Shown here: in pieces, positions 53,553 through 62,585 of the stretch | Numbering within the stretch: the stretch's first letter is position 1 | Layout of the letters: every line of letters begins with the position of its first letter | Assembly (NCBI GenBank): GCA_037143195.1 | Contig: JBAWZD010000001.1 | Location: forward strand, 80,892 to 144,891 | DNA: 64,000 bases | Source: a bacterium | GTDB taxonomy: Bacteria > Patescibacteriota > Minisyncoccia > Phycocordibacterales > UBA9973 | Direction: 5' to 3' | Made by a program: the position numbers and the translations under genes | The notes under the pieces: generated by a model | What the model was told of the DNA's origin: nothing | Database searches by the model: none | The model's input: the letters and a program-made list of their open reading frames with translations, nothing else

Positions 53553-54578
53553 ATGAGTGACCAAGCCCTATATCGCAAATATCGCCCTGAAGTGTTCGCC
53601 GATCTTGTCGGTCAGGAACACATTGTCGCTTCGCTTGAAGGCGCACTTTCGTCGGGCAAAATCGCGCATGCATATCTCTTTTCGGGCGGTCGCGGTACGG
53701 GCAAGACCACGAGTGCTCGCATTCTCGCGAGTGCGCTCGGTACGAGTACAAGTGACACGTATGAGATAGATGCGGCATCCAACAATGGTGTAGATGACAT
53801 TCGCGAATTGCGCGAGAACGTCGGCACGCTTCCGTTTGATTCGCGATTCAAGGTTTACATCATCGACGAGGTGCATATGCTTTCAAAAGCTGCGTTTAAT
53901 GCACTGCTCAAGACGCTCGAAGAACCACCAGCGCATGTCATTTTTATTCTCGCGACGACCGAACTCGAAAAAGTTCCTGACACTATCATCTCGCGTTGTC
54001 AGACATTTGTATTTCGCAAACCATCTGAATCGACACTTCGCACTGTGATCGAAAAGACTGCCAAGAAAGAAAAAGTCACCCTCGGCGCAGGCGTGGCAGA
54101 TTTGATCGCGCTCCTTGCGAATGGTTCGTTCCGCGATGCGCTTGGCACACTCCAAAAAGTTTGCACGAGCGGGGGAGACAAGGTTTCTCTCGAGCAAGCA
54201 GCCCGCATCACCGGCGCACCATCCGGCACGATCGTCCACGATATCATGGACGCAATCGCGCGCGGAGCACTCAGTGAGGCCCTCACGACTGTTGAGCGCG
54301 CGCGTGCATCCAACATCGAACCCAAAATATTGCTCGGTCTCTTGCTCCACACATTCCGCCGAGTGCTCTTGCTCAAAGTCGCTCCATCGCTCGCCAAAGG
54401 TGAGATTGATGGTTTGAGTGATGAAGAAAAAGTTTTTTTGATAAAGCTGTCAAAGTCGGATTCAGTGCACCTCAATTCAAACGCGCTCCTCGCGCTCCTC
54501 GACGCAATGAGCACCCAAAAGTACGCCTACATCGAAGAATTGCCCCTCGAGCTCGCGCTCATGAAGATGCTTGGGTAG
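53553..54578 (+). CDS. dnaX: DNA polymerase III subunit gamma/tau (short form)
   Basis: LYRKYRPEVFADLVGQEH, P-loop GGRGTGKTT, DExx IIDEVHML, and sensor SRCQTF. 341 aa. Confidence 0.75.
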   Translation: MSDQALYRKYRPEVFADLVGQEHIVASLEGALSSGKIAHAYLFSGGRGTGKTTSARILASALGTSTSDTYEIDAASNNGVDDIRELRENVGTLPFDSRFKVYIIDEVHMLSKAAFNALLKTLEEPPAHVIFILATTELEKVPDTIISRCQTFVFRKPSESTLRTVIEKTAKKEKVTLGAGVADLIALLANGSFRDALGTLQKVCTSGGDKVSLEQAARITGAPSGTIVHDIMDAIARGALSEALTTVERARASNIEPKILLGLLLHTFRRVLLLKVAPSLAKGEIDGLSDEEKVFLIKLSKSDSVHLNSNALLALLDAMSTQKYAYIEELPLELALMKMLG

Positions 54579-54678
54579 GACAGTGTTTCCGAAGGGGAGC
54601 CGACACGGATTCTAGTGAGAATCGCTCGAGAGGTTGTTTTTTGGTCGTAAAAAAGATAAGCTAAAGTGTTTTTACCAT

Positions 54679-54749
54679 TGAGGGATCGTCTAACGGTAGG
54701 ACAGAGGCCTTTGAAGCCTTTAATCGGGGTTCGATTCCCTGTCCCTCAG
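54679..54749 (+). tRNA. tRNA-Gln (anticodon TTG) with a U1:A72 pair
   Basis: Acceptor TGAGGGA/TCCCTCA, anticodon loop CTTTGAA, TPsiC arm CGGGGTTCGATTCCCTG. Confidence 0.8.
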
Positions 54750-54806
54750 CAAACAAGAACGCCGTTTGATTACTTAAGAAATAGTTATTAATTAATATTA
54801 CATATT

Positions 54807-55544
54807 ATGTTTTCAAAATGGTGGCAGTCATTTAAATTAGAAAATGAGTTAATTGATTCAACAAGGATGGCCATTGAAGACAGACTATCCTCACCATTTT
54901 ACGGATATTTTATATCCTCATGGTTTTTGTTTAATTGGAAAATAATTTATATCGCTTTTTTTGTTGATCAAAATATTATTCTGCAAAAAACTACTTTACT
55001 ACGCTCCGATTATCTTATCAGGTCTTTTCCTATCCTCTGGAGCTGGGAATTTTGGTTACATTTTTTTATCTATCCATTTTTTGCCACGGTACTTTTCTTT
55101 TGGATTTTTCCATACCTAACGAGGGAGTATTACAGAAAAAGTATCAGAAATAAAAAAGCACTTCGTATTATTGAAATAAAAGAAACAAAACAGGAGACAA
55201 TACAAGAAAAAGAACTTATCGAAGAGCAAGTTAAAAAAGCAATCATTGAACAAGAAGTCGAAGTAAGCAACCCGAAAGTGTTTTGGGAAAAAGATTTTCA
55301 AGCTTTTAAAGACACAAATCTCTTTGAAAAGTTTCAAATGATCTTGGATGGAATATACAAATATAATGGGGACGTTAAATGGAATTGGAATGGAGCAAGG
55401 TACACTGGTTCTATTGATAATGAAATTTTGGTTTTTTGTGATTTGAATGGTTTAGTTAATATTCATAATGGTAATAAAATCACCTTAACTGATAAAGGTA
55501 AATTTTTCGCCCGAAAATATATTGAAATTAAAAGCCAACCTTAA
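54807..55544 (+). CDS. hypothetical island protein (N-terminal TM helices, then a Lys/Glu-rich coiled coil)
   Basis: 245-aa ORF in the AT-rich island. No recognisable domain. Confidence 0.4.
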   Translation: MFSKWWQSFKLENELIDSTRMAIEDRLSSPFYGYFISSWFLFNWKIIYIAFFVDQNIILQKTTLLRSDYLIRSFPILWSWEFWLHFFIYPFFATVLFFWIFPYLTREYYRKSIRNKKALRIIEIKETKQETIQEKELIEEQVKKAIIEQEVEVSNPKVFWEKDFQAFKDTNLFEKFQMILDGIYKYNGDVKWNWNGARYTGSIDNEILVFCDLNGLVNIHNGNKITLTDKGKFFARKYIEIKSQP

Positions 55545-55600
55545 CTTTCAAAAAGCACGAACACTCCAGAGTGCCATAATAAAACCAAGGCAAGCCGTAT

Positions 55601-56107
55601 ATGAAAAAAGTAAAAATTAAAGAATTTAACAATGAAGAGCTTTGGCTTGGATACGGTGATATTCAACAAGAACTCAAAAAACGTAACCTAGTTCGAACCA
55701 ACAATATTACTGGAGAGCGAGGAGAATTTCTTGTAATTGAAACTTATAATTCGACCAAAGCTTTGCCAAATCTACAAGCTTCTCCACAAAGTACAAAAAA
55801 TATTGATGCGATCAGTCGCAATGGTGAAAGATATAGTATTAAATCAATCACTGATCCTTCTAGGATAACAGGTGTGTTTCATGATATGGGCGAGAAAGAG
55901 GATACGTCGGTACCTGATAAAAAGTTTGAATACGTGGTTATTGTTCAACTTTTTAATAACTATAGACCGAAACTAATAGTAGAATTAACGTGCGAGCAAT
56001 TTCTTAAATATAGAAAATGGCACAAAACAATGAGGGCTTGGAATTTAAGTTTAACTAAGTCACTACTTTCTGAAGCTAAGATTATTTTAGATAATACTCA
56101 AGGTTAA
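55601..56107 (+). CDS. hypothetical island protein
   Basis: 168-aa ORF, 4 nt upstream of the next gene. No recognisable domain. Confidence 0.4.
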   Translation: MKKVKIKEFNNEELWLGYGDIQQELKKRNLVRTNNITGERGEFLVIETYNSTKALPNLQASPQSTKNIDAISRNGERYSIKSITDPSRITGVFHDMGEKEDTSVPDKKFEYVVIVQLFNNYRPKLIVELTCEQFLKYRKWHKTMRAWNLSLTKSLLSEAKIILDNTQG

Positions 56108-56110
56108 TAT

Positions 56111-57160
56111 ATGGAGCCAACAGAAAAAGAAATTATCGAATCTTTATATAAAGCGATGTGCTCAGCCACAAGTACTGTGAGTGACGCTAAGCGTACTAAT
56201 AATAGTTATTTCAAAAGAAGAGTTTTAGGTTTTAAAGCGGAGATTGAGTTTTCTAAATTTATCGAGGGATATAAAGATATACATTTTTTTGAAGGTGGAA
56301 ACTTTATTTCTAGAAAACTTTCTGGGAAAGTATCGGATAAAAATAAGTTCATATATGTAACACTTGCAAAAAATGAGAGTGAGGATTTTAAGGAAATATA
56401 TTCCGTAATTTCGCAATGGGACGAAGTCGAGAATCTTTTTTATATAAAAATAGATAATAATAGCTGGTCGCAGACAGGGTTTGCGACCAGAAAAAAATTA
56501 AGAAATGGGAAAAGTAAGGATATTGAAGATTCTATTTTGGTTCCCAAATATACTTTTTATAGGTTTAATAAAAACATCGGATCATTTGATATGTGTGAAA
56601 TTCAAAATTTTGACTGTATTTTATCATGGTTTTCCAAGCCAACCAGAAAATCAAGTCTTTTCCCTCTAAGAAAAAAAGATCAATTCGAATACTTTTCAGA
56701 TTATGATGCCAGTGTGTTAAAAAATATTTATGCTAATCGTTATTTTTTAGATGTCATTTTAAGGCAAGCAAGCGGCCGACAAATAATTGATTTAGATGGG
56801 TTTTTAAAAGTGAACGGTCGTTATTTCGTTGTTGAAGTTAAAGAAAAAGATCCAATTAGAAAAAAAGGAAAGAAAGTAGACGACATAAATAATTGGCAGT
56901 TCGGTTGGGATTCAAGAAGAATACTCTGGTATTTGTATTTAAAAGTAAAGTTAAATCTACCTGTTTTGTATAATATTAGAGAAATAAGTAATCAAGAAGA
57001 GAGAACCTTTGTTCAATGGGATTCTATTTTTATAGATGATTTTCTTAAGGGTACTAGCTGGTCAAATAGTAGAAGTGGCGGAGGGGGTGGGGACACCGTA
57101 CTTGCACCTCACTCGTTTTTTAGAAGACTTAGTGACGTTCTTAATGAATTATTAAGATAA
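56111..57160 (+). CDS. hypothetical island protein with a possible PD-(D/E)xK nuclease-like core (IIDLDGF...FVVEVKEKD)
   Basis: 349-aa ORF. The D...D...EVK arrangement is compatible with a restriction-endonuclease-like fold. Gly5 tract near the C-terminus. Confidence 0.4.
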   Translation: MEPTEKEIIESLYKAMCSATSTVSDAKRTNNSYFKRRVLGFKAEIEFSKFIEGYKDIHFFEGGNFISRKLSGKVSDKNKFIYVTLAKNESEDFKEIYSVISQWDEVENLFYIKIDNNSWSQTGFATRKKLRNGKSKDIEDSILVPKYTFYRFNKNIGSFDMCEIQNFDCILSWFSKPTRKSSLFPLRKKDQFEYFSDYDASVLKNIYANRYFLDVILRQASGRQIIDLDGFLKVNGRYFVVEVKEKDPIRKKGKKVDDINNWQFGWDSRRILWYLYLKVKLNLPVLYNIREISNQEERTFVQWDSIFIDDFLKGTSWSNSRSGGGGGDTVLAPHSFFRRLSDVLNELLR

Positions 57161-57206
57161 CTCTTGTGTCGCTTTATTTTTTCTTTTTTGTTAGTATGTT
57201 CTGACT

Positions 57207-57974
57207 ATGGCGCAAAGAACTCCCGCTCAGGCGAAGAAGCGAATTATTCAGCTTTTTATTGACAATGTTAAGGGACGAACACCTGATACTCATAGCTCGA
57301 ACATAAGGCATGATGGTAAAGGAGGTCATTGGTTGGAAAAACAAATGGGTATTGCTCATAACGCAAGCAATACTCCGGACATTGATGGTTTTGAGATGAA
57401 GAATGACACGACAAGTAAAACCACGTTCGGTGATTGGTCGCCTAATTATCGCATTTACAAGAAAGGGAATGACTACGGTCTTGATCGTACAAAGTTCCTC
57501 GAAATCTTTGGCGCACCAAACCCCGCTAAAGATAATCGATATTCATGGTCAGGAAAACCTGTACCAAAAATTAATAAATACAATTCTTTTGGCCAGAAAC
57601 TTGAAATTGATAAGAATAATAATATCCTTGCCATGTATTCATTTTCGAAGGATGAACGACTGAATAAGTCTAAAATTGTTCCCAAGCTATTACAAAAGGA
57701 CGGCCTAGTTATCGCTCGCTGGGATTGTGAAAAAATGACCGTTCGAGTTGAACGAAAATTTAATAAGCTCGGTTGGTTTAAATGTCTAATTAAAGATGGA
57801 GTTTATACCAAGATTGTTTTCGGGGATCCAATTAGTTTTAGAACGTGGATAGCAGGAGTGAAGAAAGGTCAGATCTTTTTTGATAGCGGAATGTATGCTG
57901 GTAACCCACGACCGTATGCTCAGTGGCGTGCCGACAATAAATATTGGGATTCACTAATTACAGACGAGTACTAG
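57207..57974 (+). CDS. putative type II restriction endonuclease (PD-ExK: NTPDIDGFEMK)
   Basis: 255-aa ORF, convergent with the C5-methyltransferase and overlapping it by 17 bp. PD...D-x-E-x-K motif. Confidence 0.5.
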   Translation: MAQRTPAQAKKRIIQLFIDNVKGRTPDTHSSNIRHDGKGGHWLEKQMGIAHNASNTPDIDGFEMKNDTTSKTTFGDWSPNYRIYKKGNDYGLDRTKFLEIFGAPNPAKDNRYSWSGKPVPKINKYNSFGQKLEIDKNNNILAMYSFSKDERLNKSKIVPKLLQKDGLVIARWDCEKMTVRVERKFNKLGWFKCLIKDGVYTKIVFGDPISFRTWIAGVKKGQIFFDSGMYAGNPRPYAQWRADNKYWDSLITDEY

Positions 57975-59061
57975 TTTTAAGGAGTCTTTGTTGAGCACTC
58001 TTTACGCTTTCCCGTTTTATTTTTTCTAGATTGATTTGGCTGTTGTTGATCTGAGTATTTTTTTGAAGCTCCTTCATTGCAATGAGTACTTGTTTTGCTA
58101 GAGCTTTGATTACAGGGACAGCAACACTGTTCCCAAATTGCTTATAGGCTTGAGTGTCACTTGGAGAAACAATGTAACTATCAGGAAATCCTTGTAGTCG
58201 AGCAGCTTCACGTGGTGTCAGCTTGCGAGGGTTTTTGTTTTTTTGCTTAATTAGAATTTCAGACCCGTCTTTGTAATATCGAGCAGAAATAGTGCTTGTA
58301 TATTCTGAATTTTCATCAAATATTGAATATCCAAATCCGTTTCCTTTTTCACGATGCTCTTTTTTTCGTCTCTGGTGTCCTGCCCACAGTTTGTCGGAGA
58401 TTGTATATTTTGGATGAACTGTACTTTCAAGGATATTTCCAAGGCGAGTTGGTTTACCGGTTGGTTTTGGAAATGAAAAATTTGTTTTTCCGAGAAATCC
58501 GACAATATAAATACGTTCACGGTTTTGAGGAATACCAAAATCTCTCGCGTTCAAAACTTGAGCGTGGATTTCGTAACCGAGTCCCTCAAGGATGCTTTTG
58601 ATTGTTTCAAAAGTCTTGCCTCCGTCATGACTTTTGAATCGCTTGACGTTCTCTAAAAAGACGACTGATGGTCGATGGTGTTCGACAATCTTTGCAATAT
58701 CAAAGAACAATGTACCTCTTGTGTCAGCAAGACCTAATTTTTTTCCAGCTTGAGAGAAAGGCTGGCAGGGAAATCCAGCGAGGAGTACATCGAAGCTTGG
58801 GATACTTGCAGGCTCGATTTGTGTAATATCTCCGTAGGGGAGTTCATTGAAATTTTGTTGGTATGTTTTTTGTGCAGCGGAGTCCCATTCTGAAGTAAAT
58901 ACGCATTCTCCACCCACACTTTCGAATCCTAAGCGAATGCCTCCTATTCCAGCGAATAGATCAATCATTTTAAATTCAGAATTTATCGGGGTCTTTGTCT
59001 TAGAAAATAGACTTGAGACATCTATTTTTTTAAGTTGAGAGACTTTTGTTTTTTTAGCCAT
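57958..59061 (-). CDS. dcm: DNA (cytosine-5)-methyltransferase
   Basis: Motif I DLFAGIGGIRLGF, motif IV FPCQPFSQAGK, motif VI ENVK, motif VIII QNRERIYIVGF. Confidence 0.9.
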   Translation of the reverse strand: MAKKTKVSQLKKIDVSSLFSKTKTPINSEFKMIDLFAGIGGIRLGFESVGGECVFTSEWDSAAQKTYQQNFNELPYGDITQIEPASIPSFDVLLAGFPCQPFSQAGKKLGLADTRGTLFFDIAKIVEHHRPSVVFLENVKRFKSHDGGKTFETIKSILEGLGYEIHAQVLNARDFGIPQNRERIYIVGFLGKTNFSFPKPTGKPTRLGNILESTVHPKYTISDKLWAGHQRRKKEHREKGNGFGYSIFDENSEYTSTISARYYKDGSEILIKQKNKNPRKLTPREAARLQGFPDSYIVSPSDTQAYKQFGNSVAVPVIKALAKQVLIAMKELQKNTQINNSQINLEKIKRESVKSAQQRLLKTSTRL

Positions 59062-59162
59062 TTTATTTTGTTATTATAGCAATTTTTAATATGTCTCGAT
59101 ACATTGCCAGTTTTGTTTTTTGATTGTTGATTACCGAATCAAGAGAAGCTAACATAATTATA

Positions 59163-59180
59163 TGTGAACGATCGTTCACA
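59163..59180. promoter_or_regulatory. perfect 18-bp palindrome TGTGAACGATCGTTCACA (GAAC-N4-GTTC core) in the divergent promoter region between the methyltransferase and the SOUL gene
   Basis: Exact self-complementarity. The core matches the GAAC-N4-GTTC architecture of Cheo/LexA-type boxes, and the central GATC is a Dam-type site. Confidence 0.4.
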
Positions 59181-59261
59181 AGCAATATTCAAATATGTTG
59201 ATAACATTTTTACTCGTCTGCTTTCTGAATTTTACACCTAGCATAGTGGTATAATGAGTAT

Positions 59262-59882
59262 ATGAACATAATCTACGCCGTAGTGGGGCTGTGTGTGGTG
59301 TGGTCGATTTGGGGATTTGTTTCTTCGCGTGTGCCGAAGACTCCTTATTCCGTGCTTGAATCGAAGCACGGCTACGAGGTGCGACTATATCCAGCACACA
59401 TTGTCGCGCAGACGACCGTGAAGGGTTCGTATGAAATGGCGCTCAATCAGGGCTTCCGCATTGTTGCGGGATATATTTTTGGTGGCAATACGAAGAAGGA
59501 GAGTATCTCCATGACTTCACCTGTAGTGGAGAAGAGCGCATCCTCCGAATCGATCGCGATGACATCTCCCGTCGTCGCGACCATCGAAGGCGAGTCGCAT
59601 ACCATCGCATTTGGCATGCCACAATCGTACACACTCGAGACACTTCCGACACCGACTGACTCGCGTGTCACTATCGCGACCATTCCCGAAAAGAAAATGG
59701 CTGTCATCCGATTTGGCTGGATGCGCACACCAGAGCGCGTGCAATCCAAAAAGCAGACCCTCCTTGATGCGCTCGCTACTGACAAGGTCACTGTCGTCGG
59801 TTCATCAGAATACGCGGGCTACAATGCACCGTGGACTCCGCCATGGATGACACGTCACGAAGTGCTTGTCGAAATCAAATAA
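59262..59882 (+). CDS. SOUL/HBP-family heme-binding-like protein
   Basis: HGYEVRLYPAHIVAQT...YIFGGNTKKESISMTSPV matches the SOUL signature. N-terminal hydrophobic segment. Confidence 0.6.
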   Translation: MNIIYAVVGLCVVWSIWGFVSSRVPKTPYSVLESKHGYEVRLYPAHIVAQTTVKGSYEMALNQGFRIVAGYIFGGNTKKESISMTSPVVEKSASSESIAMTSPVVATIEGESHTIAFGMPQSYTLETLPTPTDSRVTIATIPEKKMAVIRFGWMRTPERVQSKKQTLLDALATDKVTVVGSSEYAGYNAPWTPPWMTRHEVLVEIK

Positions 59883-59901
59883 TCTTTTACGTAAAAAACG
59901 C

Positions 59902-61005
59902 ATGCATATGAAATTCTCAAAAAGCTCAGTACTCGTCATCGCGATCCTGCTCGTCGCAGGGATTATTCTTGTCGCGCGAAAACATACGATCATTGTTCTT
60001 CCGCATTCGATCGATGGATCGACGACGCCTGCTCCGCTCGCACCGGCTCCGACCGATGCGGTGGACACAACCAGTAGTTCAAAGTCTGCTCTGTATACAA
60101 GGATAACAACGGTGGATGGATATTCCACCGTGGATTTTTCGCGTGTCGGCAAAGACGCCGAGAGTGGGCCGAATCCACAAATGGGTATTGATGTGTCGAA
60201 GCAGACAGTCGTCACGAGTCTTGGGACGGCACAGCTCATGACAGAGTTTTCGATACTCGATGTTTGTGATGTGCGTTTCGATCGAATCATGAATATCGAT
60301 ACGGACGCAGGACATATCGAGCTTGATGTCGAGGCTGTGATGGCTGACGCAATGAATCCAAACGATACAGTGAGCAAAATAGTTCACGAAAATCCCTCGT
60401 ATTTTGAAAAAACAAAAGTATATGGATGTGGCGATCGACTCATTTGGAAAAAGAACGGACGAGAATCGTTTTACTCCGCGCTCGTTGCTGGCAAGACCGG
60501 ACCAATCAGTCAGGCATGGTTTAAAACATTTGATACCATATTCGCCAAGATTCGCACCGCAAAGACGGCGAATGAGGCAGTCGAGACTATAAACGCGATG
60601 TCGCTTGAAGCTTCGAATTCAAATACATTTACGAGTCAGCCTGCGGCGATTCAGTCGATCGTGAAGCAAGCGGACGGAACGTGGCAATTCGCCATCGACC
60701 TCTTGTCGAGGAACCCACATTGGTTGCCGGGCGGGGAAGAAGGCTTCTTCCTCAATCTGAGCCCCGTGATGCGTCATCTCGTCGTGACGAATGCGACCAA
60801 GACGTATGTGTGTGGCGGAAATCCGAACAACAATAACACGACGGCCGAGCTTCTTGAGCCGACAGCAGGCTATGTAGCAAAATTGCAGTCTCGACTTGCA
60901 CAGATACAAACTGAAACACAGGCGAGTATTTCTCAAACCCTCAACGCATACATGAGTGCCGATGGGACCAAAATCACCGCTCTATACGATCAATGTTTGC
61001 CCTAG
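59902..61005 (+). CDS. hypothetical membrane-anchored protein
   Basis: N-terminal TM segment (VLVIAILLVAGIILVA), then a soluble domain of about 340 aa of unknown family. Confidence 0.4.
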   Translation: MHMKFSKSSVLVIAILLVAGIILVARKHTIIVLPHSIDGSTTPAPLAPAPTDAVDTTSSSKSALYTRITTVDGYSTVDFSRVGKDAESGPNPQMGIDVSKQTVVTSLGTAQLMTEFSILDVCDVRFDRIMNIDTDAGHIELDVEAVMADAMNPNDTVSKIVHENPSYFEKTKVYGCGDRLIWKKNGRESFYSALVAGKTGPISQAWFKTFDTIFAKIRTAKTANEAVETINAMSLEASNSNTFTSQPAAIQSIVKQADGTWQFAIDLLSRNPHWLPGGEEGFFLNLSPVMRHLVVTNATKTYVCGGNPNNNNTTAELLEPTAGYVAKLQSRLAQIQTETQASISQTLNAYMSADGTKITALYDQCLP

Positions 61006-61073
61006 TTTCTGCTTCGGATTCGGTGCCGAAAAATGGTGTATACTGTCGGGTATATAAGTAACGATATAATTAT

Positions 61074-61319
61074 ATGTCAGAAAAAAAGCCAACAATGTGC
61101 GAAAGTTGTTTGATGCCGTTTGCGAAGGATACAGGCGTGCGTGAATCGGACAAGTATTGCAGTTTGTGTTTTAAGAACGGCAAACTGTGTTACGAAGGCA
61201 CCGACTTGAAAGAATTCCAAAAAGTCTGTTATGAGAGTATGCGCAAAAATGGTATCAATCCAATCACGGCGCGATTCTATACATGGATGATTCGATTCGC
61301 TCCACGTTGGAAAAAATAA
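61074..61319 (+). CDS. small zinc-ribbon protein
   Basis: 81 aa with CESC...CSLC...C..C spacing. Confidence 0.5.
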   Translation: MSEKKPTMCESCLMPFAKDTGVRESDKYCSLCFKNGKLCYEGTDLKEFQKVCYESMRKNGINPITARFYTWMIRFAPRWKK

Positions 61320-61325
61320 TCACGT

Positions 61326-62105
61326 ATGCAATCTACGTTTCTTGATTTTGTCGCGTTTGTACAAAAAGAAGCGCGAGCCTGTCTCTTTGCAGGCTCGTTT
61401 CTTTTTCTGATTTTTATTTCAAAATATATTCATGTGTTTGGGCTCGCGCGGTATGATTTCCTTTTCCTTGCAGCAGTCGCGATTCAAATTCTGATGCTTG
61501 TGTTCAAACTCGAGACCAAGGATGAGGCAAAGACGATCGTGCTTTTTCATGTGATTGGATTTTTGCTTGAAGTGTACAAAACGAGCCCGATGATTGGCTC
61601 GTGGTCGTATCCGGAAGCGGGATTTTTTAAACTCTGGAATGTGCCACTCTATAGCGGATTTATGTATGCATCAATCGGAAGCTATATCGCGCATGCGTGG
61701 AAAGGCCTATCGCTCCGGCTCGTGAATCCGCCACCATATAGGTACAGTGTGATGCTCTGTTTTTGTGTGTATCTCAATTTTTTCACAAACCATTTCATCT
61801 GGGATTTCCGTCCGCTCCTCATTCTTGCCGTGTTTGCACTCTACACTCGGACACGTATCGAATACACGCCACGTACGAAGGTATATTCAATGCCACTCGT
61901 GCTCGGTTTTGTATTGACCGCGCTCTTCGTTTGGATCGCTGAGAACATCGGTACGTTCTACGGCGCGTGGCAATATCCGTCACAAATCCATGCGTGGACT
62001 GTGGTCTCGACGCAAAAAATCACCTCATGGTTTCTCATGGTGATCATCAGTTTCATCATCGTCGCATATTTGAAACACGTAAAGGCTGGACGGAGTGCGC
62101 ACTAG
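61326..62105 (+). CDS. DUF817-like polytopic membrane protein
   Basis: 259 aa with about 8 TM helices. Composition and topology resemble the DUF817 family. Confidence 0.45.
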   Translation: MQSTFLDFVAFVQKEARACLFAGSFLFLIFISKYIHVFGLARYDFLFLAAVAIQILMLVFKLETKDEAKTIVLFHVIGFLLEVYKTSPMIGSWSYPEAGFFKLWNVPLYSGFMYASIGSYIAHAWKGLSLRLVNPPPYRYSVMLCFCVYLNFFTNHFIWDFRPLLILAVFALYTRTRIEYTPRTKVYSMPLVLGFVLTALFVWIAENIGTFYGAWQYPSQIHAWTVVSTQKITSWFLMVIISFIIVAYLKHVKAGRSAH

Positions 62106-62165
62106 TTTTGTTGTGGGAATATTTCAATATTTGGTACACTACCTATTATTTTTCAAATACAATTT

Positions 62166-62585
62166 ATGGAAACAACTCACGTACCAAATCCACGCATCGA
62201 AGAACGCGCCAAATCAGGTCCACATTTGACCAAGCATGAGCATACGGGGCTCAACGGTCGCATTGCTGTCGTCATCACGAGCCTCGTCGGTACGATGTGG
62301 TGTGCGTATCTCTTTGCAATCATCGCATTCATTAGTTTGCCTGCTGCAATCAAAGCGGGAACTCCGGCGCTCATCTCATGGATTGCACAGACATTTTTGC
62401 AGTTGGTGTTGCTCTCCGTCATTATGGTGGGACAAAAAGTCGCCGCTGCTGCATCTGACAAACAAGCACTTCAGACGTATAAAGACGCGGAGGCGCTCCT
62501 CAAAATGCAGGACGAAGTGCATCGCTTGATTACAATCAACAACCAACTGACACAAGAGATTCACGAGTTTGTCGTCAAGAAATAA
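62166..62585 (+). CDS. DUF1003-family membrane protein (second paralog in this window)
   Basis: TM hairpin followed by SVIMVGQ-like and coiled-coil segments. Resembles 23896..24411. Confidence 0.5.
   Translation: METTHVPNPRIEERAKSGPHLTKHEHTGLNGRIAVVITSLVGTMWCAYLFAIIAFISLPAAIKAGTPALISWIAQTFLQLVLLSVIMVGQKVAAAASDKQALQTYKDAEALLKMQDEVHRLITINNQLTQEIHEFVVKK

Larger units (their letters stand above)
54780..59100. mobile_element. AT-rich genomic island inserted 3' of tRNA-Gln; carries a type II restriction-modification pair and three unknown genes. No integrase or flanking direct repeat was detected.
   Basis: GC content drops visibly (to roughly 30-35%) exactly from the tRNA-Gln 3' end to the methyltransferase start, and rises again at the SOUL gene. 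Confidence 0.45.

Noticed and set aside
53883-54514. ORFs of 155-171 aa on the - strand
   Set aside because: Antisense to dnaX.
54579-54678. Possible SRP (4.5S) RNA in the 100-nt spacer between dnaX and tRNA-Gln (SRP RNA often neighbours dnaX)
   Set aside because: There is no convincing domain IV motif (no GGAA/GNRA-capped helix with an AGGAAGCAGC-like loop) and the region cannot be folded into a long hairpin. It is probably just a 3' UTR.
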